DNA of 64,000 bases from an uncultured Dysgonomonas sp. (lineage in GTDB: Bacteria; Bacteroidota; Bacteroidia; Bacteroidales; Dysgonomonadaceae): positions 12,229 to 76,228 of the forward strand of contig CALNCC010000146.1 in the NCBI GenBank assembly GCA_937875275.1. The letters are read 5' to 3'. Below the pieces are notes generated by a model. The model was not told the DNA's origin, searched no databases, and worked only from the letters and a program-made list of their open reading frames with translations. The position numbers and the translations under genes were made by a program. Shown piece after piece: positions 49,889 to 60,584 of the stretch (position 1 is the first letter of the stretch; each line of letters opens with the position of its first letter).

Positions 49889-50638
49889 ATGTTTCTAACA
49901 AGTGCATTAGAAAAAATAGGTCAATATACCTTATTGTTGAGGAAAGTCCTCACGAAACCTCAAAGGTGGAATGTATTTATGCGTCAATTTTCTGACGAGA
50001 TGACCAAATTGGGTATCAACTCGATTTGGATTGTCATTATCATTTCGTTTTTCATCGGAGCCGTTATCGTCGTTCAGATCAAACTGAATATTGATTCCCC
50101 CTTTATGCCAAGGTGGACAGTCGGTTATGTATCCCGAGAAATATTGATATTAGAGTTCTCATCCTCCATCATGTGCTTAATATTAGCAGGAAAGGTAGGG
50201 TCGAATATCGCCTCTGAAATAGGGACAATGAAAGTTACCGAACAGATTGACGCACTGGAAATTATGGGCGTAAACTCGGCTAACCACATCATTTTACCTA
50301 AGGTGTTAGCTTTGATGGCATTTATCCCGGTACTTACCGTTCTCAGTATCTTCTGCGGAGTGGTAGGTGGCTATGCGGTGTGTATATTCGGTGGTGTGAT
50401 GGATTCGGCAGATTATCAGTATGGTATACAGACGTTCTTCAAGCAATTCTATATTTGGTATGCTATTCTCAAAACAATCATATTTGCATTTATCATATCT
50501 TCGGTTTCGGCCTATTACGGATATTTTGCAAAGGGTGGTTCGCTCGATGTCGGCAAAGCAAGTACCGAGGCTGTGGTAATGAGTAGCATCCTCATTTTGG
50601 TTGCCGATTTGTTAATTACTCAATTGATGATGGGATGA
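49889..50638 (+). CDS. mlaE: MlaE family ABC transporter permease
   Basis: AGKVGSNIASEIGTMKVTEQIDALEIMG, VGKASTEAVV. Confidence 0.92.
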   Translation: MFLTSALEKIGQYTLLLRKVLTKPQRWNVFMRQFSDEMTKLGINSIWIVIIISFFIGAVIVVQIKLNIDSPFMPRWTVGYVSREILILEFSSSIMCLILAGKVGSNIASEIGTMKVTEQIDALEIMGVNSANHIILPKVLALMAFIPVLTVLSIFCGVVGGYAVCIFGGVMDSADYQYGIQTFFKQFYIWYAILKTIIFAFIISSVSAYYGYFAKGGSLDVGKASTEAVVMSSILILVADLLITQLMMG

Positions 50639-51396
50639 TAGAAATTAAGAATTTATATAAGTCTTTCGACGACAGAGATGTTCTGAAAGACATCAATATA
50701 ACCTTCGAGGAGGGAAAGACAAATTTGATTATTGGTCGAAGCGGTTCAGGGAAAACCGTTCTCCTCAAAAACTTGGTTGGTCTTCTCAGACCGTCAAAAG
50801 GGAGTATCTTATATGACGGTCGCAATCTGCCTTCGATGTCGACACACGAGGTAAAAGCTTTGAGGCAGGAAATGGGAATGATTTTTCAAGGATCAGCCTT
50901 ATTCGACGCTCAAACCGTAGGCGAGAATGTCGGATTTCCATTGATGATGTTTTCACCGATGTCGAAAAAAGAACAACAGAAACGTATCGACTTTTGCTTA
51001 GAAATGGAAAACCTGACCGATGCGAAAGACCTGTATCCCTCCGAAATAAGTGGCGGCATGATGAAGCGTGCAGCTATTGCCAGAGCAATAGCTCTGAATC
51101 CCAAATACTTGTTTTGTGATGAGCCCAACTCGGGGCTCGACCCCCAAACATCGCTTGTCATAGACGACCTCATACACGACATTACCAGAGAGTATAACAT
51201 GACTACCGTGATCAATACGCACGACATGAACTCGGTGATGGGTATCGGCGAAAAAATATACTTTATCAAGCAAGGCGAAGTAGGCTGGCAGGGAACGAGT
51301 AAAGATGTTATGTCTTCTGACAACGAAGACTTTAATGACTTTGTATTTGCATCAGACCTATTCAAGAGAGTAAAAGCAGTAGAGAACAAAATGTAA
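50635..51396 (+). CDS. mlaF: MlaF family ABC transporter ATP-binding protein
   Basis: GRSGSGKT, FQGSALFD, ISGGMMKR, FCDEPNSGLDP, THD. Confidence 0.92.
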   Translation: MIEIKNLYKSFDDRDVLKDINITFEEGKTNLIIGRSGSGKTVLLKNLVGLLRPSKGSILYDGRNLPSMSTHEVKALRQEMGMIFQGSALFDAQTVGENVGFPLMMFSPMSKKEQQKRIDFCLEMENLTDAKDLYPSEISGGMMKRAAIARAIALNPKYLFCDEPNSGLDPQTSLVIDDLIHDITREYNMTTVINTHDMNSVMGIGEKIYFIKQGEVGWQGTSKDVMSSDNEDFNDFVFASDLFKRVKAVENKM

Positions 51397-51409
51397 TACA
51401 GACAAAGCG

Positions 51410-52174
51410 ATGAAGATAATATCATATAATGTAAATGGTGTACGTGCAGCCGTCAACAAAGGATTGTATCAGTGGTTGGAAACTGAATCTCCCGACATAT
51501 TATGTCTGCAAGAGATCAAGGCTTTGGAAGACCAAATAGACGTACTTACCATACAATCATTAGGGTATCACTATTATTTTCATCCCGCTAAGAAAAAAGG
51601 ATATAGCGGTGTCGGTATTCTCAGCAAAAGTAAACCCGACCGTGTTGTTATAGGTATGGAAAATCAGTTATACGACGACGAAGGACGGATGATAAGAGCC
51701 GACTATGGCGACTTTACCGTAGTGTGCGTATACATACCATCGGGCACAATGGGCGATGTGCGTCAAGACTTTAAGATGGAGTTTTTAGCTTACTTTACCG
51801 AATACATAACCAAACTAAGACAAGAAAGACCTCAACTTTTGATCTGCGGAGACTACAATATTTGTCATAAACCGATTGATATCAATCACCCCGAACGCCA
51901 TACGAAGTCTTCGGGTTTTTTGCCGGAGGAACGCCAGTGGTTCGACGAATTTGTGGACTTAGGCATGATCGACACTTTCAGAGAGTATGACCAATCCTCA
52001 GAGAAATATTCGTGGTGGAGCTATCGTGCAAATGCACGGGAGAAAAATCTCGGTTGGAGAATCGACTATCACATGATTACCGAAGAGGCAAAACACCGAT
52101 TGAAGAATGCCGCTATCCTCAACGAAATCACATTTTCAGACCATTGCCCTATCTTGGTCGAAATGGACGTCTGA
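51410..52174 (+). CDS. xth: Exodeoxyribonuclease III
   Basis: SYNVNG, LQEIK, GYSGV, GDYNICH, GWRIDY, SDHCP. Confidence 0.96.
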   Translation: MKIISYNVNGVRAAVNKGLYQWLETESPDILCLQEIKALEDQIDVLTIQSLGYHYYFHPAKKKGYSGVGILSKSKPDRVVIGMENQLYDDEGRMIRADYGDFTVVCVYIPSGTMGDVRQDFKMEFLAYFTEYITKLRQERPQLLICGDYNICHKPIDINHPERHTKSSGFLPEERQWFDEFVDLGMIDTFREYDQSSEKYSWWSYRANAREKNLGWRIDYHMITEEAKHRLKNAAILNEITFSDHCPILVEMDV

Positions 52175-52186
52175 AGCCGATTGTCC

Positions 52187-53260
52187 TCAAAACAATCGAC
52201 TCGTTCTGTCTAATAAGTAATAATCGAGAATAGTCATTGCCGCCATAGCTTCTACAATCGGAACAGCACGGGGAAGCACACACGCATCGTGTCGTCCACG
52301 CGCCTTGAGTACCGTCTCATGACCATCTTTATCTACAGTGTCCTGTTCCATCAAAATCGTTGCTACGGGTTTGAATGCAACATCGAAATAGATATCTTGC
52401 CCATTAGATATACCGCCTTGTATACCGCCTGAGTAATTGGTATGCGTATTTATTTTGCCATTATCGTCAAAAAAACTGTCGTTACGTTCCGATCCCCGAT
52501 GCTCGACATCGAATCCGTCTCCATATTGAAAGCCCTTTACCGCATTGATGCTTAACATGGCATTACCCAAAGCCGCATGCAGCTTACCGAATACCGGTTG
52601 ACCGAGCCCCACGGGAACACCTTTCACTACGCACTTGATAACTCCGCCGATTGTATCCCCTTTGGCTTTTACAACCTTAATAAGCTCGATCATCTCCTCT
52701 GCCTTTTCCATATCAGGACAACGCACAGCGGTCGATTCTATTTGCGAAAGGTCATATTCAGTATACACTTTGTCGAGTTTTATATTCCCTACTTGCGAGG
52801 TATATGCTGTAATATTGATTCCCAATTGTTTCAATGTAAGCTTCGCCAACGCACCGCCTACACAACGACTGATGGTTTCGCGAGCCGAAGATCTCCCTCC
52901 TCCCCTATGATCCCTTGCACCATACTTCATTGTGTATGTATAGTCGGCATGAGAAGGGCGGAAAATATCTTTCATATTATCATAGTCCGACGAATGCTGA
53001 TTCTCGTTCCATACAATGAACCCGATTGGCGTGCCGGTCGTTTTACCATCATATATGCCCGAGAAAAACTCAACCTTGTCGCCTTCCTTGCGTGGCGTGG
53101 TAATGTTAGACTGCCCCGGACGTCTGCGGTCGAGTTCCGATTGTATGAAATCCATATCCACGTCTATCCCCGACGGACAACCGTCTATAACGCCTCCGAT
53201 GCCTTTTCCGTGCGATTCGCCGAAGGAAGTTAGCCTAAATATATTGCCAAAAGTATTCAT
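52187..53260 (-). CDS. aroC: Chorismate synthase
   Basis: [39 protein letters not shown]. Confidence 0.98.
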   Translation of the reverse strand: MNTFGNIFRLTSFGESHGKGIGGVIDGCPSGIDVDMDFIQSELDRRRPGQSNITTPRKEGDKVEFFSGIYDGKTTGTPIGFIVWNENQHSSDYDNMKDIFRPSHADYTYTMKYGARDHRGGGRSSARETISRCVGGALAKLTLKQLGINITAYTSQVGNIKLDKVYTEYDLSQIESTAVRCPDMEKAEEMIELIKVVKAKGDTIGGVIKCVVKGVPVGLGQPVFGKLHAALGNAMLSINAVKGFQYGDGFDVEHRGSERNDSFFDDNGKINTHTNYSGGIQGGISNGQDIYFDVAFKPVATILMEQDTVDKDGHETVLKARGRHDACVLPRAVPIVEAMAAMTILDYYLLDRTSRLF

Positions 53261-53368
53261 CGTTATATCTTATTTCTGTTTTTGTATCTGTATTATTTAT
53301 AATCTACAAATATACGCAATTTACCAAATTCTGATTATCCTCTTTTTATAAACAAACCTATGATAGGT

Positions 53369-53935
53369 TTATTCTATAATAATATTGTAATTAGCCAACA
53401 ATCCGCTTAAACCGTCTTTGGCGAAGCGTGCTTTTTTTACCGTATTTTCGGAAAGATTGATGATATAGTTGAACGAAGCAGTAAAATCAGTCTCTTGCAG
53501 ATTTGTATTGTAAAAAATGGCTTCCGACAAATCACAATTGCTAAATACCGATTGTTTCAGATTGGCAAACCCAAAATCGACACCTTTCAGAGAACATCCC
53601 GAAAATTGAGTTTTCATCATTTTTCGTTTTTCAAATGAAGAATAATCTAAAATGGAATTATTGAATCCGACTTCGAATATAAAATCGTTACAGTAATTGA
53701 AATGAATGCCCAAGAGTTTGCATTTCTCAAATCGAACATTACTTAATGTCGTTTCGGGCAACTTGGTCATCGACAAATTGCAATCGATGAAAAGACAGTC
53801 GATAAATTTGCAATCAACGATATGTGCATTCGAAAAATCACATTTAGAGAACACACAATCCTCAAATTCTTCGCCTCTTATCTCAGCATCTTTGTAGCTC
53901 TCACCGTCTATTTGCTCATCAATACGCATACTCAC
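53369..53935 (-). CDS. Pentapeptide repeat protein
   Basis: Tandem [S/C/A]xFxx pentapeptides (CDFSN, CKFID, CNLSM, ANLKQ, CDLSE). Confidence 0.92.
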   Translation of the reverse strand: MSMRIDEQIDGESYKDAEIRGEEFEDCVFSKCDFSNAHIVDCKFIDCLFIDCNLSMTKLPETTLSNVRFEKCKLLGIHFNYCNDFIFEVGFNNSILDYSSFEKRKMMKTQFSGCSLKGVDFGFANLKQSVFSNCDLSEAIFYNTNLQETDFTASFNYIINLSENTVKKARFAKDGLSGLLANYNIIIE

Positions 53936-54501
53936 TGACGAATTATTTTCACTTCGCCGCTTTTGCCCAGTTTGATGATGCTCGATGCCGAATGACAGTC
54001 TGTCTCATCTTGACGATATTTGACAATATAGTCCACCCCTTCTTTTATTTCGTCCGATATCTCGCCAAAATTCAGAGGCGCAGAGTCGTTACTCACATTA
54101 GCCGATGTAGATACTATTGCTTTACGAAAACGGGCACATAGTTTTTTCGAAAACTCTTCGTTAGTTACCCTTATGGCTACCGAACCATCATCAGCCATGA
54201 GATTGGGAGCCAAATTCCGCCCTTTGTCATATATAATGGTCATCGGTTTTTCGGCGACATCGATCAAGTCCCAAGCTATTTCGGGCACACTATCAACATA
54301 GAAGTCGACCTTTACCGGAGTATCCACCAATGTAATCAACGCCTTGCTGTCGATCCGTTTTTTTAGTTCATAGACACGTCGCACGGCATCTTCGTTTGTC
54401 GCATCGCAACCGATCCCCCATATTGTGTCGGTAGGATACAAAATAAGTCCGCCGGCAACCAAGGTGTCAAATGCGTTCTTGATATCCTCATTTATATTCA
54501 T
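53932..54501 (-). CDS. tsaC: L-threonylcarbamoyladenylate synthase (TsaC/Sua5/YrdC)
   Basis: YPTDTIWGIGCDA, K.R, STSANVS. Confidence 0.92.
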   Translation of the reverse strand: MNINEDIKNAFDTLVAGGLILYPTDTIWGIGCDATNEDAVRRVYELKKRIDSKALITLVDTPVKVDFYVDSVPEIAWDLIDVAEKPMTIIYDKGRNLAPNLMADDGSVAIRVTNEEFSKKLCARFRKAIVSTSANVSNDSAPLNFGEISDEIKEGVDYIVKYRQDETDCHSASSIIKLGKSGEVKIIRQ

Positions 54502-54510
54502 TTCAGTTTT

Positions 54511-55038
54511 TTATTCTTGATTTATTAATTGTAAAACTTTCAGATCGGTATATTTATTATTTATTATAACCCAATCTTTCAATATTGCAGTTTCCCGATA
54601 TCCGACTTTCATGAAAAGATCAATGCTCGTGTTGTTGTAGGCAGGTATGTGGGCATATAATTGGTGCATCTGCAAAAGCCCGAAAGCATAATCCTGCAAT
54701 AGTCGCAATGTCTGATGAGCATATCCGTTTCCACGGTATTCCTTCTCTATAAATATTCCGACTCCGGCTCGTTTGTGCCTCACATCGTAATCATAGAGAT
54801 CGATGGTTCCTATATTCACGTTCCCGTTTTTCAGAACAACGATCAGTCTCAACTGCTTACTTTCGTATATGTCTAATTGTTGCGAATGACTTATATATTG
54901 CCTCAACATGTTGCGGGAATAGGGCGCAAGGGTATTGCCATGTATCCACAACTCGCGCGAATTTTCCCACTCATACAGGCTATCCAAGTCTTCCGGTTCT
55001 AATGCACGAAGTATTATATGGTCGTTTTCGAGAAACAT
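54511..55038 (-). CDS. GNAT (RimJ/RimL-like) N-acetyltransferase
   Basis: LRALEPED, IGTIDLYD, RAGVGI, YRGNGYA, HQLYA. Confidence 0.88.
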   Translation of the reverse strand: MFLENDHIILRALEPEDLDSLYEWENSRELWIHGNTLAPYSRNMLRQYISHSQQLDIYESKQLRLIVVLKNGNVNIGTIDLYDYDVRHKRAGVGIFIEKEYRGNGYAHQTLRLLQDYAFGLLQMHQLYAHIPAYNNTSIDLFMKVGYRETAILKDWVIINNKYTDLKVLQLINQE

Positions 55039-55051
55039 ATTGGATATACCT

Positions 55052-55504
55052 TTAATAGCCTTTTTCAAACATTTCGCCCAATCGTATGAGGAAATTTTTT
55101 TTCTTCTGCGAGCGATTGCCGTACTCGTTCGATGCCATTATGCTCTCGAATGAGAAATAATCACCCTCTTCCATCGTCTTCACAATGCGATATATAACAC
55201 CCCAATCGGGTAATCCACCCAGATTACGATCATCAATAAAGAGATCGGCATTCAATTTGCGAGACGCTGATATGACATCCTCCTCCGGGTAATTTTTGTT
55301 AGCGGCATAAAACCGAAGTCCTTTGCGGGCACAATATTCGACAGCTTCGTCCAACAATTCTCCGTCTCGCACGGTCCACATGATAAGGGTATGCCCCTCT
55401 TTTTGCAATTGAAGCAATGTGTCGATGGCAAAAGGAATGGCTTTGCCTATCTTCGGATATTCGTGTTCAACAACCGTTCCGTCAAAATCTACTGCTATAA
55501 CCAT
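55052..55504 (-). CDS. BT0820-family HAD-type phosphatase
   Basis: IAVDFDGT, WTVR, SRKLNADLFIDDRN. Confidence 0.88.
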   Translation of the reverse strand: MVIAVDFDGTVVEHEYPKIGKAIPFAIDTLLQLQKEGHTLIMWTVRDGELLDEAVEYCARKGLRFYAANKNYPEEDVISASRKLNADLFIDDRNLGGLPDWGVIYRIVKTMEEGDYFSFESIMASNEYGNRSQKKKNFLIRLGEMFEKGY

Positions 55505-55510
55505 AATCTA

Positions 55511-55987
55511 TTATTCGTCTGTATTATTATTTTCGGGTTCATTTTCTACTTCGTCTCCTGTGGGTTCGACCTCGATCTCAGCTAACGATTCTCGGGAAGG
55601 AATGCAGAAAAACTTCGAAAAGATAAGAACGATTACAAGATAAACAAAATTTGAAGCGCCATAAATAACATATCCGACCAAAGACATCACAATGGCAAGG
55701 TCGATAATTAAACTTCGCAACAGGTAGGCTGTTCTCATTTTCTCCAAAAACAGATCGTAAACCTGCAACAAGGCTTTTTTTGACAAGCGATGAAAAAGTT
55801 TCAACGCTCCGGGTATCGCTACAAGCGTGAGTATAATAGCATATCGTTCGTAAATAATACTGTCTGACGTTGTCAACACCTCGCTATCGCGCAATAGTAA
55901 GAATATGAATACACCAATAATTATTGTCAACTCTAACCAAAAGTATAGAGTTAGTTTCTTATACAATTTTTCCGATTTCGGTTCCAT
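55511..55987 (-). CDS. Hypothetical membrane protein
   Basis: Four TM segments, acidic tail, in the recR operon. Confidence 0.75.
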   Translation of the reverse strand: MEPKSEKLYKKLTLYFWLELTIIIGVFIFLLLRDSEVLTTSDSIIYERYAIILTLVAIPGALKLFHRLSKKALLQVYDLFLEKMRTAYLLRSLIIDLAIVMSLVGYVIYGASNFVYLVIVLIFSKFFCIPSRESLAEIEVEPTGDEVENEPENNNTDE

Positions 55988-55990
55988 TGA

Positions 55991-56614
55991 TTAGATTTTA
56001 AATGATTGATCGAAAGGCGTACGGTTCAAGATCGAACGCCCTAAAGTAATTTCATCGGCATATTCAATCTCGTCGCCGATAGAGATACCCCGTGCGATGA
56101 TAGATATGTTCACGTCGAACGGTTGCAATTTTTTGTAAATATAGAAATTCGTGGTGTCGCCTTCCATCGTTGTGCTCAGTGCCAGCACCACTTCTTTTAC
56201 TTCATTTGTCTTCACACGCTGCACAAGGCTTTCGATCTCAAGGTCGGACGGGCCAATCCCATCAATCGGAGATATAATTCCTCCCAAGACGTGATACAAA
56301 CCTTTAAATTGCATTGTGTTCTCGATAGCCATCACTTCTTTTACGTTCTCCACCACACACACCACCGAAGCGTCTCGCGATGGGTTGGAGCAGATGGCGC
56401 ATTTTTCCGCATCAGAGATATTATGGCAACATTTACAATAGGTTATATCGTTGCGAAGCGCGACTAACGCCTGTGCAAAGTCTGTTGTTGCCTGCGGCTC
56501 TTGCCTCAGCATGTGCAGAACAAGTCGCAATGCAGTCTTTCGCCCTACTCCGGGAAGTTTGGCAAATTCATTCACTGCATTTTCTAATAATATGGATGGA
56601 TATTTCTGATTCAT
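55991..56614 (-). CDS. recR: Recombination mediator RecR
   Basis: [12 protein letters not shown]4 zinc finger, YHVLGG.ISP.DG, EGDTT, ARG. Confidence 0.98.
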   Translation of the reverse strand: MNQKYPSILLENAVNEFAKLPGVGRKTALRLVLHMLRQEPQATTDFAQALVALRNDITYCKCCHNISDAEKCAICSNPSRDASVVCVVENVKEVMAIENTMQFKGLYHVLGGIISPIDGIGPSDLEIESLVQRVKTNEVKEVVLALSTTMEGDTTNFYIYKKLQPFDVNISIIARGISIGDEIEYADEITLGRSILNRTPFDQSFKI

Positions 56615-56720
56615 TACATTATTATCCTTTTCGTAGAAAGGGTAACAAATATAAGAATAATATTTGGCTTGTTTTTAATATCGCTGCCGGACTTCGTTGT
56701 TTTAATATATCTTCAGCAAT

Positions 56721-57497
56721 TTACCTGTGTCTGACAATGTAGAAACAGGATGTGGTGAAAAAGTTTCGGATATATGGTATACCTTTGATTAGTGCAGGCA
56801 AACGTCTCGGTTTCAGTTTAAATTTGATCTCGTAGTGAGGGTTTATAAAGTAAAGATTTTCGTCTGCAATCTCCAAGCCTGTCTCTTTCGTCAATCGGTG
56901 AAACATTTCGATGGTGGTTCTGCACTTCTTTATGTCCAACAATTCGTCAACCGTATCTTTAGGTTCTCCGGCTGTATTGAGTATAAATTTATATAAGCTT
57001 GCAGGGAGTAGATGAAAAAACGGCAGATGAGAAAGCACCTTGCTGTGAGTCAATTGCTGATGTCCACCAAATGGCATTTGCCACGCCGGAAAAGCTATAA
57101 ATATTATGCCTTGCGGTTTGAGGAAACGTTTCACATGAGACAGAAAAGCCTTCTTCTCGGTTATATGTTCTATCACATCGTGTATGATAATCAGATCGTA
57201 TTGTTTTTCGGGTTCAATATCGAAGATATTTGCCGCCATCAATGTGCCATCGATATCACGATCTTTATAAAATTCTTTGCCCCCTTCGATAAGAGTATTG
57301 GAGAGGTCTATGCCTACAACCTCACACCCTTTGCGGGCAAATGGTAAAAGATTACCTCCATCGCCACAACCGACCTCAAGGACTGACGTAGCCTTGTTTA
57401 ACGAAATGAATTTTTCTATATATGGAATATAATATTTTGTACTGGTATGTATCGTCTCATCAAAATAACGTTCCCTATTGGTATGTCTCTCTTGCAT
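56721..57497 (-). CDS. Class I SAM-dependent methyltransferase
   Basis: VLEVGCGDGG, GIDLS, HDVIEH, FPAWQMPFGGHQQ. Confidence 0.88.
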   Translation of the reverse strand: MQERHTNRERYFDETIHTSTKYYIPYIEKFISLNKATSVLEVGCGDGGNLLPFARKGCEVVGIDLSNTLIEGGKEFYKDRDIDGTLMAANIFDIEPEKQYDLIIIHDVIEHITEKKAFLSHVKRFLKPQGIIFIAFPAWQMPFGGHQQLTHSKVLSHLPFFHLLPASLYKFILNTAGEPKDTVDELLDIKKCRTTIEMFHRLTKETGLEIADENLYFINPHYEIKFKLKPRRLPALIKGIPYIRNFFTTSCFYIVRHR

Positions 57498-57501
57498 CTT
57501 T

Positions 57502-57945
57502 TTATTTAATAGTCAGTTTACAATTCAGATTATCATCGCCTACGGTTGCCCCGATATTTTCGTAAAAGGCAATGGCACTTTTATTCCAGTCCAAGACCTG
57601 CCATCTGATATCACAGCAGTCGTTTTCGTTTGCGATTTTATACAATTCGTTCACAATACGGCGTCCGACCCCTTGTCGTCTGAATGCCTCCTTCACATAT
57701 ATATCATCGACGTATATCGACTTTCCGCTCCATGTATGAAAAGCGTAATTGTATAGAGCATAACCAACAGTTTGTCCTGCGGTTTCTATCAACAGGCAAC
57801 CATACGAACTTTTACTTTCGGTAAGGTCGTCAATGCTTACTTTGACCATGTCGGATTTTCCGAGATAACCTGCAAATTCTTTTATCAACTCCAAAATGAT
57901 TGAGGCATCTTCTGTCGTTGCTTGTCTGATAAGGATATTATTCAT
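57502..57945 (-). CDS. GNAT N-acetyltransferase (SSAT/diamine acetyltransferase-like)
   Basis: TWSGKSIYVDDIYV..RRQGVG, WQVLDWN..AIAFY..IGA. Confidence 0.88.
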   Translation of the reverse strand: MNNILIRQATTEDASIILELIKEFAGYLGKSDMVKVSIDDLTESKSSYGCLLIETAGQTVGYALYNYAFHTWSGKSIYVDDIYVKEAFRRQGVGRRIVNELYKIANENDCCDIRWQVLDWNKSAIAFYENIGATVGDDNLNCKLTIK

Positions 57946-58116
57946 CGTTTCCCTTTTCTATAGTAAGGAATCAAAGATATTAAAAATACGAGACTGATGA
58001 GTAATGTTTATAAAAGAAAAAAGGACTGACCTACAAAAGTTGAATTGGTTGAAGAAATATGGCGGAGATTAAAATTCTGTCCCATCCTAACATAGGTTAA
58101 CACAAAAATTTATTTT

Positions 58117-58914
58117 ATGTATAATCGATTAAATACCAATTATGTAGGACGTACCCAAAAAGACCACAGTATATCTTTTAAGTTGCAAGTAGTTTTAGAA
58201 GTTGAATCAGGAGAGTTAAGTTTAACTCAAGCAAAACTTAAGTATGGGATACAAGGAGAGCATACAATTAGTCGTTGGTTGCAAAAATATGATAACTTGG
58301 ATTAGCAAAACCGAAATCTCATCAGAATGAAACAAACCCCAGAACAAGTCTGGGTCTCAGATATTACATATTTAGGAACAAGAAAAAAACCGCTCTATTT
58401 ATCCCTTGTCAGTGATGCTTATTTTAAGAAAATAATGGGATTTAATCTCTCTAACACACTCAAACAAGAAGGAGCGATTGATACTTTAAAAATGGCGATT
58501 AAAAATAGAGATTACTCAACTGAGTCACTTATTCACCACTCAGATAGAGGACTGCAATACTGCGGGTACGAATATCAGAGAATATTAGACAAGCATGAAG
58601 TTAGGCGTTCGATGACTGAAAATGCAGATCCTTATGAAAATGCAATTGCTGAGAGAATAAATGGAATATTGAAAGATGAATTTATGTTGGATCAACATAT
58701 AGTGAATCAACAAACAATGGCTAAGATAGTCAAACAGTCGATCAATATTTACAACCCATACAGACCGCATTGGAACTGTGAGTTATTAATCCCAAATCAG
58801 ATGCACCGACAAAGGAATATTAAGAAACCTGTTTACAAGAAAAAATTAGCAGTAAGAAAACTCCTACTGCTAATAATAATTTTATATTTGTATAAATCTG
58901 TCAACCTATATTAG
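58117..58914 (+). pseudogene. IS3 transposase remnant: OrfA HTH fused in frame to the OrfB DDE core, with a premature TAG at 58303
   Basis: FKLQVV.EVE.G..WLQKY (OrfA); WVSDITY, HHSDRGLQY, ENAIAERINGILKDE (DDE triad). Confidence 0.88.
58840..58873 (-). terminator. IS-borne hairpin positioned as a terminator for pfp
   Basis: Minus strand TTAGCAGTAGG-AGTTTT-CTTACTGCTAA-TTTTTT. Confidence 0.65.
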
Positions 58915-58934
58915 GACGAGACAATCTATATTGA

Positions 58935-60584
58935 TTATTTCTTTTGCTCAAGAGCCAAAGTTCTTGTTGGCTGATCACATACTTCTGTTGGGCCGAAGTA
59001 TTGTATTGGTCCCGGATACACATATTCTGTTCCGATAGCCCAAGCCTCACGGTTTGCCGCGAAGAATTTGTAAGGAGCACCATCCAACTCAACCAATGCT
59101 TTACGGATCACCGGTTTCATTTCGCCATGACGACGTTCCATGTTCATCATCATCGTTACAGGGATACCTCCGGCAATCCACTCAGCAGCCGGAGCTGTTG
59201 TGTTTCTCACAGAAGACATATAGCCTGTTTTACCGCTACCAATCAATGCCGAAGCTGTATATCCCAACGAATAACAATAGTCTGCGTCATAGTTAGAAGG
59301 AGCAGCACAACGACCTTCGTAACCGAAGAAATGTACTTGAGAAGCAAATTTGCCAGAGTATTTACCTGCCTTTTTCATAGCAGCCAACTCTTTTCCAACC
59401 ATTTCAGCAAGAAGCTTTTCAGTTTCGATCAGCGATACCTGAACGTTTCCGTGTGGGTCGCGATCAAGAGTTAACTGACGAGCAACTCCATCAGGAAGGC
59501 TTGCGAATACTGCTGCATTATCAGCAGACAGATTATTTTTAATATATAATAGTTGTTGATCTTTTGCCGTAGCATTGAACTCATCTTGATGGTGAGCAAG
59601 GAAATCATTTAACTCAGCGATAAGAGCTTTCATCGCAGGGATAAATTCGATCAATCCCTCTGGAATAAGCACTGTACCGAAGTTGTTTCCGTTCTCAGCA
59701 CGCTTAGCCACAACCTTAGCTATGTCTTTCACGATAGCGTCTAACGACACTTTGTTAGCCTCTACCTCTTCCGATATGATAGCGTAGTTTGGTTGTACTT
59801 GCAACGCACACTCCAGTGCAATGTGAGAAGCCGAACGTCCCATCAGTTTTACGAAGTGCCAGTATTTGCGAGCCGAGTTACAGTCTCTCTGTATGTTTCC
59901 GATAACCTCAGAATATACTTTACATGCAGTGTCGAATCCGAAAGATGTTTCAATCATTTCGTTTTTAAGGTCTCCGTCGATAGTTTTAGGACAACCGATA
60001 ACCTGTACTCCTGCATTGATAGCTTTGTAGTACTCAGCCAATACACAAGCATTCGTATTAGAGTCATCGCCACCGATGATAACAAGAGCTTTGACATTTA
60101 GCTTCTTCAATATTTCGAGTCCTTTGTCAAATTGCTCGGTTGTTTCAAGCTTGGTACGACCGGAGCCAATGATATCAAAACCACCTGTATTACGATATTC
60201 ATCGATAATATCAGCAGTCAGTTCTTTATAATTATGGTCAATCAACCCACCCGGTCCCATAAGGAAACCGTATAGTTTGTTGCCGGCATTCAAACTCTTG
60301 ATTCCGTCAAACAATCCGGCAATAACGTTATGTCCTCCGGGAGCTTGTCCTCCTGAAAGGATTACTCCTACATTCATTTCCGAGTAAGCAATTTTCTGAT
60401 CAGAAGGAACGAACTTTACTGTTGGCATGCCATATGTGTTAGGGAACAAAGCTTTCACTTGTTCTTGGTCAGCAACAGACTCAGTCGATTGTCCTTCTTC
60501 AATTTTCACCGTACCGTACAGAGCCTTAGGCATCTTAGGCTTGTATTCGGCACGAGCAATTTGTAATGCACTTTTAGTAGCCAT
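58935..60584 (-). CDS. pfp: Pyrophosphate-dependent phosphofructokinase
   Basis: [49 protein letters not shown]. Confidence 0.97.
   Translation of the reverse strand: MATKSALQIARAEYKPKMPKALYGTVKIEEGQSTESVADQEQVKALFPNTYGMPTVKFVPSDQKIAYSEMNVGVILSGGQAPGGHNVIAGLFDGIKSLNAGNKLYGFLMGPGGLIDHNYKELTADIIDEYRNTGGFDIIGSGRTKLETTEQFDKGLEILKKLNVKALVIIGGDDSNTNACVLAEYYKAINAGVQVIGCPKTIDGDLKNEMIETSFGFDTACKVYSEVIGNIQRDCNSARKYWHFVKLMGRSASHIALECALQVQPNYAIISEEVEANKVSLDAIVKDIAKVVAKRAENGNNFGTVLIPEGLIEFIPAMKALIAELNDFLAHHQDEFNATAKDQQLLYIKNNLSADNAAVFASLPDGVARQLTLDRDPHGNVQVSLIETEKLLAEMVGKELAAMKKAGKYSGKFASQVHFFGYEGRCAAPSNYDADYCYSLGYTASALIGSGKTGYMSSVRNTTAPAAEWIAGGIPVTMMMNMERRHGEMKPVIRKALVELDGAPYKFFAANREAWAIGTEYVYPGPIQYFGPTEVCDQPTRTLALEQKK

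Larger units (their letters stand above)
58078..58923 (+). mobile_element. IS3-family insertion sequence, internally deleted (846 bp), both terminal IRs retained
   Basis: Left IR TGTCCCATCCTAACATAGGTTAACA; right IR (reverse complement) TGTCTCGTCCTAATATAGGTTGACA; TG...CA ends; no clear target duplication. Confidence 0.92.

Noticed and set aside
58070-58930. Target-site duplication around the IS3 element
   Set aside because: The flanks ATTC and ATCT do not match as a 3-4 bp direct repeat.
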